A DNA stretch of 36,047 nt from Hydrurus foetidus (taxonomy: Eukaryota). Shown here piece after piece: positions 23,001-35,252 of the stretch. Location of the stretch: the NCBI GenBank assembly GCA_900617105.1, contig UYFQ01000854.1:1-36047 (forward strand), written 5' to 3'. The position numbers and the translations under genes were made by a program. Within the stretch, counting starts at the first letter, position 1, and each line of letters begins with the position of its first letter. The notes below the pieces were generated by a model. The model worked only from the letters and a program-made list of their open reading frames with translations. It was not told the DNA's origin and ran no database searches.

Positions 23001-26000
23001 TGTCGCTGACGGTGTCGCTATCGGCAGTGACGTGGGACATCTGCTGGGCAGTGATGTGGGTGTATCAGCCTCAGTCTCAGTATCAGTCGGCGACGCTGAT
23101 GGTGCTGCTGACGGTGTCGCTATCGGTAGTGACGTGGGACATCTGCTGGGCAGTGATGTGGGTGTATCAGTATCAATTCCAGTATCAGTCGGCGACGCTG
23201 ATGGTGCTGCTGACGGTGTCGCTATCGGTAGTGACGTGGGACATCTGCTGGGCAGTGATGTGGGTGTCTTAGTCTCAGTATCAGTCGGCGACGCTGATGG
23301 TGCTGCTGACGGTGTCGCTATCGGCAGTGACGTGGGACATCTGCTGGGCAGTGATGTGGGTGTCTTAGTCTCAATACCAGTATCAGTCGGCGACGCTGAT
23401 GGTGTCGCTGACGGTGTCGCTATCGGCAGTAACGTGGGACATCTGCTGGGCAGTGATGTGGGTGTATCAGCCTCAGTCTCAGTATTAGTCGGCGACGCTG
23501 ATGGTGCTGCTGACGGTGTCGCTATCGGCAGTGACGTGGGACATCTGCTGGGCAGTGATGTGGGTGTATCAGCCTCAGTCTCAGTATCAGTCGGCGACGC
23601 TGATGGTGCTGCTGACGGTGTCGCTATCGGTAGTGACGTGGGACATCTGCTGGGCAGTGATGTGGGTGTCTTAGTCTCAGTATCAGTCGGCGACGCTGAT
23701 GGTGCCGCTGACGGTGTCGCTATCGGCAGTGACGTGGGACATCTGCTGGGCAGTGATGTGGGTGTCTTAGTCTCAGTATCAGTATCAGTCGGCGACGCTG
23801 ATGGTGCCGCTGACGGTGTCGCTATCGGCAGTGACGTGGGACATCTGCTGGGCAGTGATGTGGGTGTATCAGTCTCAGTATCAGTCGGCGACGCTGATGG
23901 TGCCGCTGACGGTGTCGCTATCGGCAGTAACGTGGGACATCTGCTGGGCAGTGATGTGGGTGTATCAGTCTCAGTCTCAGTATCAGTCGGCGACGCTGAT
24001 GGTGCTGCTGACGGTGTCGCTATCGGCAGTGACGTGGGACATCTGCTGGGCAGTGATGTGGGTGTATCAGTATCAATACCAGTATCAGTCGGCGACGCTG
24101 ATGGTGCCGCTGACGGTGTCGCTATCGGCAGTGACGTGGGACATCTGCTGGGCAGTGATGTGGGTGTCTTAGTCTCAGTATCAGTCGGCGACGCTGATGG
24201 TGCCGCTGACGGTGTCGCTATCGGCAGTAACGTGGGACATCTGCTGGGCAGTGATGTGGGTGTATCAGTCTCAGTCTCAGTATCAGTCGGCGACGCTGAT
24301 GGTGCTGCTGACGGTGTCGCTATCGGTAGTGACGTGGGACATCTGCTGGGCAGTGATGTGGGTGTATCAGTATCAATACCAGTATCAGTCGGCGACGCTG
24401 ATGGTGCCGCTGACGGTGTCGCTATCGGCAGTGACGTGGGACATCTGCTGGGCAGTGATGTGGGTGTCTTAGTCTCAGTATCAGTCGGCGACGCTGATGG
24501 TGCCGCTGACGGTGTCGCTATCGGCAGTAACGTGGGACATCTGCTGGGCAGTGATGTGGGTGTATCAGTCTCAGTCTCAGTATCAGTCGGCGACGCTGAT
24601 GGTGCCGCTGACGGTGTCGCTATCGGCAGTGACGTGGGACATCTGCTGGGCAGTGATGTGGGTGTATCAGCCTCAGTCTCAGTATCAGTCGGCGACGCTG
24701 ATGGTGTCGCTGACGGTGTCGCTATCGGTAGTAACGTGGGACATCTGCTGGGCAGTGATGTGGGTGTCTTAGTCTCAGTATCAGTCGGCGACGCTGATGG
24801 TGCCGCTGACGGTGTCGCTATCGGCAGTGACGTGGGACATCTGCTGGGCAGTGATGTGGGTGTCTTAGTCTCAATACCAGTATCAGTCGGCGACGCTGAT
24901 GGTGCCGCTGACGGTGTCGCTATCGGCAGTGACGTGGGACATCTGCTGGGCAGTGATGTGGGTGTATCAGTCTCAGTATCAGTATCAGTCGGCGACGCTG
25001 ATGGTGCTGCTGACGGTGTCGCTATCGGCAGTGACGTGGGACATCTGCTGGGCAGTGATGTGGGTGTATCAGTATCAATACCAGTATGAGTCGGCGACGC
25101 TGATGGTGTCGCTATCGGTAGTGACGTGGGACATCTGCTGGGCAGTGATGTGGGTGTCTTAGTCTCAGTATCAGTCGGCGACGCTGATGGTGCCGCTGAC
25201 GGTGTCGCTATCGGCAGTAACGTGGGACATCTGCTGGGCAGTGATGTGGGTGTATCAATCTCAGTCTCAGTATCAGTCGGCGACGCTGATGGTGCTGCTG
25301 ACGGTGTCGCTATCGGCAGTGACGTGGGACATCTGCTGGGCAGTGATGTGGGTGTATCAGTATCAATACCAGTATCAGTCGGCGACGCTGATGGTGCCGC
25401 TGACGGTGTCGCTATCGGCAGTGACGTGGGACATCTGCTGGGCAGTGATGTGGGTGTCTTAGTCTCAGTATCAGTCGGCGACGCTGATGGTGCCGCTGAC
25501 GGTGTCGCTATCGGCAGTAACGTGGGACATCTGCTGGGCAGTGATGTGGGTGTATCAGTCTCAGTCTCAGTATCAGTCGGCGACGCTGATGGTGCCGCTG
25601 ACGGTGTCGCTATCGGCAGTGACGTGGGACATCTGCTGGGCAGTGATGTGGGTGTATCAGTCTCAGTCTCAGTATCAGTCGGCGACGCTGATGGTGCCGC
25701 TGACGGTGTCGCTATCGGTAGTAACGTGGGACATCTGCTGGGCAGTGATGTGGGTGTCTTAGTCTCAGTATCAGTCGGCGACGCTGATGGTGCCGCTGAC
25801 GGTGTCGCTATCGGCAGTGACGTGGGACATCTGCTGGGCAGTGATGTGGGTGTCTTAGTCTCAATACCAGTATCAGTCGGCGACGCTGATGGTGCCGCTG
25901 ACGGTGTCGCTATCGGCAGTGACGTGGGACATCTGCTGGGCAGTGATGTGGGTGTATCAGTCTCAATACCAGTATCAGTCGGCGACGCTGATGGTGCCGC

Positions 26001-29000
26001 TGACGGTGTCGCTATCGGTAGTAACGTGGGACATCTGCTGGGCAGTGATGTGGGTGTATCAGTCTCAGTATCAGTCGGCGACGCTGATGGTGCCGCTGAC
26101 GGTGTCGCTATCGGCAGTAACGTGGGACATCTGCTGGGCAGTGATGTGGGTGTCTCAGCCTCAGTATCAGTCGGCAACACTGATGGTGCCGCTGATGGCG
26201 TCGCTATCGGTAGTGACGTGGGACATCTGCTGGGCAGTGATGTGGGTGTATCAGTCTCAATACCAGTATCAGTCGGCAACGCTGATGGTGCCGCTGACGG
26301 TGTCGCTATCGGTAGTAACGTGGGACATCTGCTGGGCAGTGATGTGGGTGTATCAATCTCAGTCTCAGTATCAGTCGGCGACGCTGATGGTGCCGCTGAC
26401 GGTGTCGCTATCGGCAGTGACGTGGGACATCTGCTGGGCAGTGATGTGGGTGTCTTAGTCTCAGTATTAGTCGGCGACGCTGATGGTGCCGCTGACGGTG
26501 TCGCTATCGGCAGTAACGTGGGACATCTGCTGGGCAGTGATGTGGGTGTATCAGTCTCAGTCTCAGTATCAGTCGGCGACGCTGATGGTGCTGCTGACGG
26601 TGTCGCTATCGGCAGTGACGTGGGACATCTGCTGGGCAGTGATGTGGGTGTCTTAGTCTCAGTATCAGTCGGCGACGCTGATGGTGCCGCTGACGGTGTC
26701 GCTATCGGCAGTGACGTGGGACATCTGCTGGGCAGTGATGTGGGTGTCTTAGTCTCAGTATCAGTATCAGTCGGCGACGCTGATGGTGCCGCTGACGGTG
26801 TCGCTATCGGCAGTGACGTGGGACATCTGCTGGGCAGTGATGTGGGTGTATCAGTCTCAGTCTCAGTATCAGTCGGCGACGCTGATGGTGCTGCTGACGG
26901 TGTCGCTATCGGCAGTGACGTGGGACATCTGCTGGGCAGTGATGTGGGTGTCTTAGTCTCAGTATCAGTCGGCGACGCTGATGGTGCCGCTGACGGTGTC
27001 GCTATCGGCAGTGACGTGGGACATCTGCTGGGCAGTGATGTGGGTGTATCAGTCTCAGTCTCAGTATCAGTCGGCGACGCTGATGGTGCTGCTGACGGTG
27101 TCGCTATCGGCAGTGACGTGGGACATCTGCTGGGCAGTGATGTGGGTGTATCAGTCTCAGTCTCAGTATCAGTCGGCGACGCTGATGGTGCCGCTGACGG
27201 TGTCGCTATCGGCAGTGACGTGGGACATCTGCTGGGCAGTGATGTGGGTGTCTTAGTCTCAGTATTAGTCGGCGACGCTGATGGTGCCGCTGACGGTGTC
27301 GCTATCGGCAGTAACGTGGGACATCTGCTGGGCAGTGATGTGGGTGTATCAGTCTCAGTCTCAATATCAGCATCAGTCGGCGACACTGATGGTGCCGCTG
27401 ACGGTGTCGCTATCGGCAGTGACGTGGGACATCTGCTGGGCAGTGATGTGGGTGTCTCAGTCTCAGTATCAGTATCAGTCGGCGATGCTGACGGCATGGC
27501 TGACGGCAGTATCGTTGGGAAACTGATTGGCATTAATGTTCTGATTTTAGTTGGCAATCCTGTTGGTTTTGTAGTCGGATTGTTTACTTTCATACTCGAC
27601 GGAATGGGAGTTGGTCTTCTTATCGGCTGCAAAGTTCGGATTTCTTCTTTGAAATCTGGATCATCATCAGGATCTTGCGTTGGCTGACGAGTGGGATTCT
27701 TGGTGATAGGGCTACCGAGAGAGAGCATCACTGCTTCAAACTTGCCGTAATTGACTGATCCGAGTCCTGATGCGGGGTCCCACCCTGGCGTAGCGTAGAA
27801 GCCTTGGGGGCATGTCGGACCGTCCTTATTGTTTCCTTTGGTTATGTCGTTAACAAATTGGGAAGCGTATGCGTAGAGCGTTGGGTTGACCCAACCGACA
27901 GATCCCTTTCCTGCAGCTAGACGAGCAGCATTGATATTGGAGAATATGCCTGCTGCGACAGGACAAGAGGCGGAGGTGCCAGACGAGCCAGCGCCTGTTG
28001 AACTCAGTTCTGTCATCTGCTGCGTTCTGTACATGTTAGCCTCGAAAGACACGTCAGGATATCCTCTACCTCCCGCATTGTACCCTGCAACAGGCTTATT
28101 CGGTGATCGGGACACTTCTTCGAAGTACCTCTGGACAGCCTCATTTTGATAGTAAGGTCGGGAATATCTAGTGGAGAACCCTCCACCACCCGTTATAACT
28201 TGGCCGGTGTTGAAAGCGCAAACAGTTTCTTCAACATAATTCAATGCACCCTACAAGAAATTAGAATCGAAATTTTGAGTGTACGAGAAAATACATCAAA
28301 TGCATCCAGTAATACTTCCTTCTCTCTTCTTCATTACTTTGTGCAGCAAATCACATGCAACATATCCAAATAAGTAACATAATTCCGCATTTCACAAGAT
28401 AACGTTAGCTGTGCTTACCGTAGTGCCTCCGACTGATACGGTGTATGGGCTGCAGTTAGGATAGTTCGGCTCGTACTTACAGCGACTCAACACTCCATTG
28501 ATGCCACCACTGACTGCACCTTGGTCACCAGATGCGCTAAATACTGTCATGCCTATAGCACTCGCCTTCACTATCCAATCGTCGTAAATATACCACTCTG
28601 CAGGGGAAACGTATTGCTCGCCGATGGCATAACTGATGCTTATCACTAAGGAAGGTCTTGGTGAATTTACAACATCTCTGATGAATCTAGATATACCTAG
28701 ATCATCGTAGCGCCAGTATGTAGTGGGCGATCCCGGAGACATCGCCATTATGTATTGCATGTCCAAGTTTATTTCACTGAATTTTCCTTGTGGAGTGTCG
28801 CCTGCGTCATCTTTGGTATGACCGTCATTCGGAAACTGTATGAGAGGCGCTTGAAATGGTTGCATTGACACATTCCCTTGAAACCACCTTAGACGTAAAG
28901 GACTGAAATAACTATCCGGGTTCCCGAAGACCAACTGGGTAGATAAACTGTTACCTTTACTGTTACTAATGTTGTAGTAAATTCTCAGTCTCGCGGGAGT

Positions 29001-29714
29001 GATCAATTGCTCGTGCAACAGCCCAGGTATTTGGAGTCTTCTCTTCCTAGTGCTCCCAGCATCGACTACTTCTGACCGTCCCCATTTCTGTACTACAGGC
29101 ATTTCAACGGTGTTCATCACACAAAGCACATGCGAGTCTATTTCCTTCGATATCCAATATTCTTCTGCCCTGACAACCTCGCTCACATCACCATCGAGAT
29201 GCGTCTGATGGAATATGTGAAAATTTGTATTGAAGAGTCTATCCCACACAGATATTGGAGCCTGAGCTGTGATGTATTCGTCACCAGGAGTTACCGACGT
29301 CACTGTGGCGCCATAAGCATGCAAATAAGAGCTCACTGCAGCAGCAGATTCCGGATTAGATGTCAACTCCACGACACCTTCCTTCGTCATGTGCTGGCCG
29401 TAGTTAACACTTTCTGGATCTGAGACGTCGTGAACTATACGTGTCAATTCGTCCATATTTTTCGACTGGATAACGAAAATGACCTCATGAATGTAATTGT
29501 CGTCTGGTCGGCCCGTCTTCTTCAAATCGGTGCGTGATGTTAGCTGAGGCATTCCTGACTTTAAAATATGAGTATAATTCGAGTTATCATCATAACCCGG
29601 CTCTATCTCCGTGCAACCCGCCGACGGATCCATACATCGAGATCGACCTCTCTCCACTGAGGTGTAGAAAAACAGAATTCCGAGGAAAAATTGGAACATT
29701 TTGGAAGGAGACAT
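19582..29714 (-). CDS. Membrane-anchored sedolisin (peptidase S53, tripeptidyl-peptidase I-like) with giant mucin-like stalk, 3023 aa
   Basis: Exons 29714-28419, 28250-21101, 21012-20954, 20579-20219, 19787-19582: all GT-AG, phase-consistent, 9072 nt in total. Hydrophobic N-terminal signal; pro-kumamolisin-type prodomain (VSDPESVNYGQHMT); EINLDMQY (Glu/Asp); SGDQG oxyanion Asp; RGYPDV; GTSASCP catalytic Ser; GWDPASGLGS Ca-site; C-terminal TM IAGSTIGAFLLILACIIVYCCMF followed by QKNKR. Confidence 0.9.
19996..20088. repeat. (TAAC)n-type microsatellite in sedolisin intron 4
   Basis: Run of TAAC units with a degenerate TAAT/TAGC tail. Confidence 0.85.
20665..20948. repeat. (TCAC/TCCC)n low-complexity tract in sedolisin intron 3
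   Basis: Degenerate tetranucleotide repeat filling most of intron 20953-20580. Confidence 0.85.
21490..27490 (-). repeat. Coding minisatellite, about 60 units of mostly 96/102 bp encoding TPTSLPSRCPT(S/L)LPIATPSAAPSASPTDT(x)n
   Basis: Directly visible tandem array. All length variants keep frame. Degenerate units continue to about 21190. Confidence 0.97.
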
Positions 29715-31662
29715 CTCGACGCCAGTGTGGAAGATCTAATCTCTACTCACAATTGTGGAGGACTTGAAATGACTTGAAATTTTTCATGAAATGTCATCTA
29801 ATACCTCCAATCTCCTATCCCGAAATCTGCAAACCGCAGCAGGGTGGGTATATGTACTGTGTAGCAGCAAAGCACCACCATCTATGCTTATGTTGCATCT
29901 AATGAATTTATTACATCTAATAAATGGAGTTTTAGTGTGTGCTTTTTAAAACTTCTTGTGACAACAACAACTTGTGACTTGTGACAGGTCAACATGTGCC
30001 TGTGCTGCTTTCCACAATAAAAACGAATACCAATATCCTTTCAGAAACCTTTTCAAAGTAAGACAAACGAGGAGCTCTACAGCGATTTTAGGTTTCAAAG
30101 ACCACAGTCAGCATGAGTTCAATGGCGCCTCCTCCAATTTCGAATGGGACTGGTTTGTTTATCGGTGCAGCCGCCGTTGTTATAATTTGGTTTTATGCTT
30201 TCTCAAGAGGAGGATACGTCTCGAAGGACAACTTCCAGTAAGTCCACTTCTTGTTGAGTGACGATGATTTTTGTCATCGGATTTCACTAACCTCGATTAA
30301 TCACTAATTTCAGAGTAATTTCTGTCATCACGGTTGTGCTCTGTGTCGCGATGTGGATTCTTTGGTAAGACTTCAAAACCATTCGCTTTTCTACTTCTTG
30401 AACTACTCGGACTCGAGTTACAGACACTTTTGCGCATCACTTCAATCATGCCGCCCAATCACTCCGCAGATGATGAATACAATACCATCAAAAACTAATT
30501 TCACTTCGACTCTTCGGCATTTCAGGCTTTGCGCTTGGATGCATCAATGGCATCCTCTCATTTACCCTGAGTATAGGTACGCGTCAAAGTTATATCGTTC
30601 CATATGTTTTGTGCTTTCTGGTGGAAAAGCCGCTTAGAAACATATCTTTCGTGCCATTCTCAATATATTTTGATGACTTTTGAGTTCATCTAAACCGCAC
30701 CGCTTCTCTTCTAACTATGCCCCTCTTTGCATTCACCAGATATGAGGCTGTAGCTACGGCAGATCCTAAGGAAGCTCGGTTTAGATTTTAAGCGAGATAT
30801 GAGAGCTTAATTAAGATAGACATATTAGAGTGGCTGACAAGGAGAAGAGTTCTGGGAATAGCAGAATGAGATGATTGAAATACTCGTGGAGAAAAGAACA
30901 TTACCAATTGTAACTGTAAACAACACGACACATTTGGAAGATTCGGGCGCTGCTTAAAAGAAAGTTCAATTTGATGGACTCATCCTTCAAGGAGAGAAGA
31001 GAGATTCATCTGAAAGTATAGTGGCGAAGAAATGACTGACATGCTGTATTAATGATTCTCATCCCTGAGGATTGATTTGTCGCCATCTTCTCTTTCTTCC
31101 TCTTCCTCTTTATCTAATAAAGCCGCACATCATAACTCAGCAATCCTATCTTTCCTAACATTAGCATGGCTCTCAAAATCGGAGAACAACTTCTGTCATT
31201 TTCATCCTCTGTTCTTCTGTTCTTCTTCTGTTCAATATAACCCTGTATACATCCTTCCCCAGCAATTTTGATATGCGGTACAGCCTAGCCTGTTAGCAAA
31301 TGAAATAAAGCATACTTCATTAATGCACAAAACAAATTTTTAGATACTGGTGTTGTGATGATGATAATGTATTTTTTCATTTAATCATAGAAAGGGTAAT
31401 TACGTGATATTTTCACCATTTTAAACCAATTCATCTAATTTCTTTTCATTTCGCGCCACAATAAAGAAGACAAAGTTGACTTTCAAAATCTTTTTCGCTG
31501 GGTACTTTCTTTTCTTTTTGGTTATGTTATGATCTACGGAGAAAAAAACAAAGAAACCCAGCTGCTGTGAAGTGGATTGAATTACATTGCATATCTTTGA
31601 AAGAAGTCTTTGAAACATTACACTGTTTTAGTCCCATTGCGGAGGTTGTCTTATCATGCATC

Positions 31663-31844
31663 TCAAGGGACGTGTTTAATTGCTGATCCACTTTGAATCT
31701 AGACCCACCCCTATACGCGACAATTCACACAAACAAACTGTACCATACGTTTGAAGCTCTCAGTACGATGTAGTTTTTGTGTCGTGTATAATATAGGGGT
31801 GGGTCCAGATTAAAAGTGGATCAGCAATTAAACACGTCTCTTGA
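31663..31844. mobile_element. MITE/foldback element with 53-bp terminal inverted repeats
   Basis: Arms 31663-31715 and 31792-31844 are reverse complements with 3 mismatches; a second partial copy lies at 6410-6500. Confidence 0.85.
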
Positions 31845-32960
31845 TCTTATCAGTTAGCTCCTTGCCCATGCTGTACCATAGCGTGACAATCATTTCTCTC
31901 TTCTTTTCTTTTCTCTAATGCGGAGCAATGGCACACTTCTACTCCGTCTTTCCATATTGTCGAAGTCAAAACAAAACAGCAATTTTCGGGATTTCCTTCA
32001 AGCGTATTTGACGAATATAGAGTGTTATGCGTTGCTTGCAGCGGTCATATTCGAGCATGGAAATACAATATTCCTGTTTAGGTGTGAGTTCAACTATAAA
32101 TCATATTGAGAAACCCTGTCCCCTACAGCACCGTATACCTACGGGCAAAAGCAGCATTTCGATTTATCAAATATTGAAATTTCCCGTTACCTGTAGTGCA
32201 TTACCAAAACAGAATAAAAAATAAAATGTTCGAAAATACACACGGTTTCAAAGTTGAAATTACATGGCGACTTCAACGCGCTCAAACCTGTTTTCGGGTC
32301 TATATTGGACATTTTATTCTGTTATGATAAGGCTGCACCGACCTCTATTAAGTGCCGTGTTATCGAGAGTAGCCTTCTGTACGTTATATTTCGTATTGTC
32401 TGTCAAATAGCACCTTGCTGAAGGAGCTATGTCCCGAGTTATCTCATGCTATGCTGCCATCTGATGAACGATACAGGTGGCAACTGTGCAGTCAACGCAA
32501 CAGCTGTGCTATACCTTCGATCCAGACACCACTATAGTCGCATTTGACATGGCACGAATAAGCCATTAGAAACACGGAAATAAAGAACTAAATTTCCCCT
32601 CTCGCCTTATACCTCTTACGACGCTACGAGTGTGACACTTCATGATGATAAGTCTAAAACGCCAGGTAGAAAATGTCGCCTAAGAGTAGTTCAAATTGTC
32701 GGAGTTGGACTTTAGATTTGGTACGTGAATACCATTGATCCTTTCTGCCTCGGTGTGCGAATAAAAAATTGAAAGGTTTTTTCGAATTGTATTATATCGT
32801 CAAAAAAGTTAAAAGTTGAATGTATACGATGAAAGTATGATACGATGTAATAAGCGGTAAAATGACGCGAATAGCATAAAAAGTAAAGTGGATTATTTCG
32901 CAGGAGTTTAATTATATAAACGCTGTTTGTGTTGCATGATTGAATGTGATTGTAAATTCC

Positions 32961-35252
32961 TCAGTGATGGTCTTCCAGCACAGCAACGCCAACCATAAAT
33001 AAGACACCTAATACAAATCCCATACCCTCAAAGCATATTTGTAATAAAGAAGACTCTTTGTTAATCACAGTAGGAAGGATGCCGACTGTTGCGATGTATA
33101 GAAAGCCACCAGATGTAGCAGACAACATAATCTTCTCCGCATTTTCATTTCTTTGTAAGTACAGCCCGACAAACGTTCCTACGAATGCTGCGATTGAAGT
33201 TATGAACTGAGCTTTTATAGCCTCCCATTTCCTATGATGTAAATAAATGAAATCAATAAAATAAGATAAACAATAATATTTACATAAATATCAGTAATTA
33301 TCATATATAAATATGTAATTTTAATAGTTATTTTGAATAAAAGATGTAAGCAGTAACGATATTAATGACATAAAAAGAAAACAATAACTTATTCACGTTA
33401 TCGACTTATTCTAGTCTAGTCAAGTCAAGTCAAGTCTAGTCTAGTCTAGTCAGGTCAGGCCAGACCAAAACACCTACAAAGAAGAATAGACAAGTTTGTC
33501 TGCAGAGAAATAGAATAATTTACGCACAAAATCCACCAAGCCAAATCAGCTGCTCTCGAAGGTAATACTGAAAAACATGATTGAAATACTAATAAAAATG
33601 ACGTACGTGAAACCGTTTTCGATGAGAATGGAGAAGTCTCCTAATTCGTGAGGAATCTCATGGAACATTATTGAGAACAGTGCCGCCACACCCAAATAGC
33701 TTGATTTCGTTTTACTTGCGCTTGAGAATGATGCGCCTTGAAAATAGAAAAAAGAAGTGAGGGAGAAAATCATGGATAGGAGGTAAAATTTTGATGTGAT
33801 AAGATGTTTAGAGATAATCAGAAATTAAATAAGATGGGAGGAGATGAGACGAAGGTGTGAAATAATAATTATTGCAGTGATTATCAGTACGGTAAGAAAT
33901 GTCTCAGCCAACTTCTCTCCTCCTACTTCCCCACTCCCTCTTATTCTTTTTCTCACTTCATCACTCCCTCTTATTCTTCTCGCTTCCCCACTCCCTCTTC
34001 TTCTCATTTCCCCAGTCCCTCTTATTATTATTCTTCTTCTCACTTCCCCACTCTTTCTTCTTCTTCTTCTGATTTCCCCACACCCTCTTCTTCTCACTTC
34101 CCAACTCCCTCTTATTCTTCTCGCTTCCCCACCCCCTCTTATTCTTATTCTCACTTCTTCACTCCCTAGTCTTCTTCTCGCTTCCCTACACCCTCTTATT
34201 CTCACTTCCCCACTCCCTCTTCTTCTGACGTCCCCACTCCCTCTTCTTCTGACGTCCCCACTCCCTCTTCTTCTTCTCATTTCCCCACTCCCTCTTCTTC
34301 TTCTTCTCACTTCCCCGCTGCTTCTTCTTCTTCTTCTTCTCACTTCCCCACTCCCTCTTCTTCTTCTTCTTCTCACTTCCCAACTCCCTCTTCCCAACTC
34401 ACCTAGTGCTATTCCGTCTGTGAAATTGTGCATAGAGTCGGCTACCAAATTAAGCCAACCGGATGCGCTGAGCTTTGAAAAGGATGGGAGGTAGTCAATG
34501 AGGACTACGCTGCTTCCCTTCATCTTTTCTTTGTCCTTGCCGTTGTTGTCGTCTATGTCCTTTGTCAAAATAGAGTCAGCATTTTTGTCTTTTCCCACTC
34601 GCTTCCTCATCTCAGTCGAGGGTTCTTTGGTGACGATATTTGTGATCTTTACCTGATTTGCTTCATCTGCGGCAACGTCATTTTTTTGGCTGTTGGAATG
34701 CGCATGTGAGTGCATATGCCTCGATGCGAATTTCTCCGTCATGAAGAAGAATAAAAATCCTAGTAGAATCAGAACACCGATGTAAATCATGTTACTGTGA
34801 TCGTCATGATGATCTTCCTTGTGGCCAGAGTGGGCGTCTTTTGAGTGATCATGATGATGGTCGTCGTGCTCGCCATGGTCCCCAGCAAGTAAATGAGGTA
34901 AAGAATGTATCACTACATCGCCTGACAGAGTTTAAAGAAGCACTTTAGTAATGCTCGTCTACGAAGCGATTGGCTATCAGACAACAACTCAACTTTTCAG
35001 ACAGCTTCTAATTCAATTAAGGGTTTCTTCGACGCTTTATCAATATTATTCCTGTTAAGAATTCAGTGACGCACCTAAAAGGGCTCCTGAAGCGAAGCAC
35101 AGGAGGACATGTTGATAGTTTATTTTGCTACCAGAATCTTTGCTCAATAATTTCGTCGGGATAGCGAACAATATCAAATTCGGTATAAGTGATATCGCTG
35201 CGGTCGCTCCGAAAGCATTCCGCCAAGCCGTACTGTCGCCACCGTGTTGCAT
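32961..35252 (-). CDS. ZIP-family zinc transporter, LIV-1 subfamily (ZIP7/KE4-like), 365 aa
   Basis: Exons 35252-35075, 34921-34403, 33736-33607, 33231-32961 (GT-AG, 1098 nt). Motifs LLCFASGALLGDVVIHSLPH, His-rich loop, ADSMHNFTDGIALGASF, HEIPHELGDFSIL, GGFLYIATVGILP. Confidence 0.95.
33409..33466. repeat. Pentanucleotide (CTAGT/CAAGT/CAGGT)n repeat in ZIP intron 3
   Basis: Directly visible. Confidence 0.8.
33915..34400. repeat. Pyrimidine-rich minisatellite CTCACTTCCCCACTCCCT(CTT)n in ZIP intron 2
   Basis: Units of about 24-36 bp with variable CTT number; begins immediately inside the GTGAGT donor at 34402. Confidence 0.9.

Noticed and set aside
21490..27490. CRISPR-like or diversity-generating array
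   Set aside because: There are no unique spacers; units are contiguous in-frame coding repeats in a eukaryotic gene.
21521..27687. Long plus-strand ORFs (787 aa, 853 aa DGAADG repeats and shorter WDICW ORFs)
   Set aside because: These are antisense shadows of the coding minisatellite. The minus frame is continuous with the S53 domain, while the plus frames are broken by stops.
29974..30960. Possible spliced plus-strand gene fragments
   Set aside because: Candidate splice sites exist but the joined frames hit stops and resemble nothing I recognise.
33825..34494. Arg-rich protamine-like extension of the ZIP ORF and Leu/Pro-rich antisense ORF
   Set aside because: Read-through into an intronic minisatellite. 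The donor at 34402 and acceptor at 33737 restore the conserved DGIALGASF motif.
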